Below, one piece after another: positions 61,468 through 64,000 of a DNA stretch of 64,000 nucleotides (position 1 is the first letter of the stretch; the number at the start of each line of letters is the position of its first letter). The DNA comes from Flavobacteriales bacterium (lineage in GTDB: Bacteria > Bacteroidota > Bacteroidia > Flavobacteriales_D > Sanyastnellaceae): the NCBI GenBank assembly GCA_027491075.1, contig JAIXWX010000016.1, forward strand, positions 22,582-86,581, written 5' to 3'. The position numbers and the translations under genes are program-made. The notes under the pieces were generated by a model. It saw only the letters and a list, made by a program, of their open reading frames with translations, was not told where the DNA came from and did not search any database.

Positions 61468-62979
61468 CTAATCTTCTTCTTTATTTTTTGGCAGTTTTAT
61501 TTTTTGCCCATTAATTTTCACTGCCTCGCCCGCTTCATACTCTATCTCGAGGTCTAAGGTTCCATTTTCTCTATAATATTCCCATCTGCCACTCAGCTCT
61601 CCCCCTTCAAATCCACCACGCATTTTAAAAATTCCATTTCTATACCAATACTTGTGTTTTCCTACAGGTATTCCAGATTGAAATTCACCTTCAAAAGCTT
61701 TTTGGCCATTGTCATATTTCCATATCCATTCCCCGTTCAATTCCCCGTCTAGGTATTCTCCTTCTTCGGTGTGGTCATTGACTGACAATCTCCATTTTCC
61801 TGTTTTCAGTCCGTCCACATAGTCTCCTTCATTGATCGGATTTCCGATAGAATCATATTCAACACTGTGTCCATCCTCTTTTCCTTTGCGGTAGTTTTCT
61901 TCCCGGTGCGTGGCTCCAGAAATGTAAAACCACTTCCACGCACCCGAAGGTAAGTCTTCTTTATAGGTTCCTTTTTGTTCTAATTTTCCATTTTGAAAAT
62001 AAAACGCCCAAGGTCCATCTCTCTTTCCGTCTTTGTATGCCCCCTCCGCTCGCAACGCTCCGTTGGTATAATAAAGCTTCCACGGTCCTTGGCGGCGACC
62101 AATAGAATCGATCATTCCTTCACCTGTCCTTATTTCATTTTCAAAAATGTATGCATTGATCTGTTTTCCTTCCTGATTGTACTCTCTAAATGTACCATTT
62201 TTTTTATTGTTTACATAACTTCCTTCCATTCGTAAGTTTCCATTTTCATAGAATTCTTGACGAATGTCAATGATGGCCGCTTCATTATTTTGATCAGTTA
62301 TTAAAATTCCATTTTCATACTTCTCGATTCTATCTAAATCTCCTCTCTTCGTATAAAACTTAAAAATTCCATTTCTAAGTCCATTGGTCCAATTGCCCTC
62401 TTCTTTTACATTGCCCAAAGGATAGAGATCTTTCCAAGTTCCAGTGCGTTTACCCTCGCTATTGTAGCGATTTATAATTTCTTCAGCATAAATAAAACCA
62501 TTGCGATAAGTGGAGATGGTAATGATTCTACCGTCCTTAGCATATTCAAAACCACGTCCTTCTTCCTTGTTATTGATAAATGGTATTTCTTTTTTTAATT
62601 CCCCTGATTCGAAATATTGTTTCGTTTTTCCATCCTTGATATTGTTCTTGAACATCGTTTCTTCGAGCATCACACCAGATTTATCGAAGTATTGTTCCGG
62701 ACCGTTTTTCAGGTTTAATTTATATGTAATTATTCGTTCCAGTGTGGTATCAGTACGGTAGAATTTCCAAGTAGAATCTAGCAGAAAATCTACCCTGTTT
62801 CCTTCAGACTTTAATCCACCATCGTCGTAATATGTGATCCAATAATCGTTTGGTTTACCCTCTTGCAGCGTACCTTCGCTGGAAACAATTCCGTTGGGAT
62901 AATAATATTTTGTGTACTGTCCATGAGCACTGCAAAGAGAAAACAAAAAGACGATAACTATTAAAAATCTTGGACTCAT
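61468..62979 (-). CDS. secreted MORN-variant repeat (YwqK-family) protein, ~20 repeats
   Basis: The signal peptide MSPRFLIVIVFLFSLCSAHGQ follows the ATG at 62979. Nearly the whole protein is built of G.K.G.W..YY.NG-type repeats. The stop lies 7 nt from the kinase start. Confidence 0.8.
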   Translation of the reverse strand: MSPRFLIVIVFLFSLCSAHGQYTKYYYPNGIVSSEGTLQEGKPNDYWITYYDDGGLKSEGNRVDFLLDSTWKFYRTDTTLERIITYKLNLKNGPEQYFDKSGVMLEETMFKNNIKDGKTKQYFESGELKKEIPFINNKEEGRGFEYAKDGRIITISTYRNGFIYAEEIINRYNSEGKRTGTWKDLYPLGNVKEEGNWTNGLRNGIFKFYTKRGDLDRIEKYENGILITDQNNEAAIIDIRQEFYENGNLRMEGSYVNNKKNGTFREYNQEGKQINAYIFENEIRTGEGMIDSIGRRQGPWKLYYTNGALRAEGAYKDGKRDGPWAFYFQNGKLEQKGTYKEDLPSGAWKWFYISGATHREENYRKGKEDGHSVEYDSIGNPINEGDYVDGLKTGKWRLSVNDHTEEGEYLDGELNGEWIWKYDNGQKAFEGEFQSGIPVGKHKYWYRNGIFKMRGGFEGGELSGRWEYYRENGTLDLEIEYEAGEAVKINGQKIKLPKNKEED

Positions 62980-62981
62980 TT

Positions 62982-62993
62982 TTTCACGTGTAA
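62982..62993. repeat. CACGTG-core motif copy 3: TTTCACGTGTAA
   Basis: It lies 2 nt from the ATG of the MORN gene, on the opposite strand. It matches copies 1 and 4 at 11 of 12 positions. Confidence 0.6.
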
Positions 62994-63093
62994 CACTTAT
63001 CAAAAAGAATAAATAATATATCTTTTTAAATAAAAGTAGTTTTAAATAGTAAGAGGTGTTAATTCTATGTAAAAGTTTTCTTTTAAAAAGTTG

Positions 63094-63101
63094 CAAAATT
63101 A
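63094..63101 (-). promoter_or_regulatory. -7 box TAATTTTG, candidate promoter of the MORN-kinase-regulator operon
   Basis: This is an exact TAnnTTTG on the minus strand, about 115 nt upstream of the ATG at 62979. Confidence 0.3.
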
Positions 63102-63473
63102 ATCTGTACACAAATGGATTTATGTTGTCAACATGTTTTGAGCATGTGAATTAAATGTAAATGAGGGGCTTAATTTACGTATTAACAAGCTGTGGTCCTG
63201 TCTTTATTTGTATAACTTTTTTCTTTTTTGAATTGTTAGTTTGTTGAAGGTGTCGTTTGCAAAAGAGTAAATAGTATTTAAGAACTTTGAATGATACGAC
63301 GTATAAATTTTTATGGGCGATAAAGCATGGATTTTCCAACTTTTTTTCTGAGATACTTTTACACAGAATTCAACATACAAAATAGGACTATTGTGAATAA
63401 GAGGTCTAACGGACTGATTTTGATACCTTCAATTTATTTCTGGTTCGTTTATTAAGGGTATAAAGGGTTGGTT

Positions 63474-63485
63474 TTTCACGTGGAA
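63474..63485. repeat. CACGTG-core motif copy 4: TTTCACGTGGAA
   Basis: It ends 8 nt upstream of the rpiB -7 box and 36 nt upstream of the rpiB ATG. Confidence 0.7.
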
Positions 63486-63493
63486 GAGTATTT

Positions 63494-63501
63494 TACTTTT
63501 G
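63494..63501 (+). promoter_or_regulatory. -7 box TACTTTTG upstream of rpiB
   Basis: This is an exact TAnnTTTG ending 20 nt before the ATG at 63522. Confidence 0.4.
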
Positions 63502-63521
63502 CCATTCAAACACATAGGTTT

Positions 63522-63947
63522 ATGAAAATACATTTGGGCTCTGATCATGCTGGCTTTTTGCTAAAAGAGCAGGTGAAGACACATTTACAACAACAAGGCC
63601 ATGAAGTAGTAGATCATGGTACTTTTTCTGAAAGTAGTACAGATTATCCAGAATATGCACATTCTACGGCTAAAGGTGTCCTGGAGGACAAGACATTGGG
63701 CGTATTGATATGTGGAAGTGCTAATGGTGTATGTATGACCGCCAACAAGCACGCTGGAGTTCGTGCGGCTTTATGTTGGTTAAAAGAGGTGGCACTATTA
63801 GCAAGACAGCATAACAATGCTAATATTATATGTTTACCAGCGCGCTTTATTGAAGTGTCAGACGCATTGGAAATGGTCGATGTATTTCTTGAAACAGAGT
63901 TTGAAGGGGGCAGACATGAGCGAAGAGTAGGGTTGATAGAGTTATAA
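63522..63947 (+). CDS. rpiB: ribose-5-phosphate isomerase B
   Basis: It has MKIHLGSDHAGFLLKE, GVLICGSANGVCMTANK and RQHNNANIICLPARF. I prefer the ATG at 63522 over the TTG at 63468, because a -7 box lies inside the longer ORF. Confidence 0.9.
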   Translation: MKIHLGSDHAGFLLKEQVKTHLQQQGHEVVDHGTFSESSTDYPEYAHSTAKGVLEDKTLGVLICGSANGVCMTANKHAGVRAALCWLKEVALLARQHNNANIICLPARFIEVSDALEMVDVFLETEFEGGRHERRVGLIEL

Positions 63948-64000
63948 AAGCTATTGGATTTAAGGGATTTAATGATAAAGGTAAATTATTGGTATGAAAT

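Noticed and set aside
1-64000. I looked for mobile elements, prophage, defence islands, CRISPR arrays, rRNA and riboswitches.
   Set aside because: I saw no transposase, integrase, recombinase, restriction-modification or Cas-like proteins in any frame. I saw no direct-repeat arrays and no obvious compositional island. The leaders of purF, hutU, rpiB and the transporters show no riboswitch-like conserved structure that I could recognise by eye.

Overview
This window is a densely coding chromosomal segment with clear Bacteroidota hallmarks: T9SS type-A and type-B C-terminal sorting domains, TAnnTTTG -7 promoter boxes, long-form HutU and PurF, and the ExbB-ExbD-ExbD-TonB-PstS-like-TPR cluster. 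The gene content suggests a Flavobacteriales (Cryomorphaceae/Crocinitomicaceae-like) organism, but that assignment is inference only. I found no rRNA, CRISPR array, transposase, integrase, phage module or recognisable defence system. Content, left to right:
- 1-5.4 kb: DUF4292-like gene (5' end cut by the window edge), EnvC-like degenerate M23 protein, ACC-deaminase-family enzyme, hutU.
- 5.8-15.6 kb: TetR-TolC-MFP-RND efflux operon, an ECF-like sigma factor paired with a plug-only TonB-receptor fragment, purF.
- 15.7-27 kb: a 1123-aa T9SS type-A cargo protein with a large internal duplication, polyprenyl synthase, MORN lipoprotein, GH73-LysM enzyme, tRNA-Gln, aldehyde dehydrogenase, MltD-like transglycosylase, SlyD-like PPIase, FtsX.
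- 27.3-34.3 kb: ExbB/ExbD/ExbD, two tandem TonB paralogs, a PstS-like protein and a TPR protein.
- 34.3-42.3 kb: XRE regulator, DAACS symporter, a 1131-aa membrane/coiled-coil protein, gatA, a tatA gene missed by the ORF track, and a coiled-coil protein.
- 42.5-49.6 kb: tRNA-Cys, YraN, RluB-like synthase, DUF4271, hemD, dprA, an RsbW-like kinase, ybeY, mnmG.
- 49.6-64 kb: a 1880-aa PKD-repeat T9SS type-B cargo protein, GT4 glycosyltransferase, Wzx-like flippase, a MORN / multi-PAS kinase / LytTR regulator operon, rpiB.

I see no convincing complete novel system. The most interesting unexplained signals are:
1. A near-palindromic TTTCACGTGKAA motif present four times, always intergenic and close to start codons. 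One pair is a perfect 13-nt inverted repeat bracketing mnmG.
2. A barrel-less CarboxypepD_reg+Plug protein co-oriented with an ECF-like sigma factor and no anti-sigma gene.
3. An exported MORN-repeat protein tightly coupled to a cytoplasmic multi-PAS kinase and a LytTR regulator.
4. Uncharacterised Cys-framed repeat modules in the type-A cargo protein.
5. Near-identical promoter and terminator flanks shared by two different tRNA genes.

All functional calls rest on reading motifs by eye. No database search was possible.
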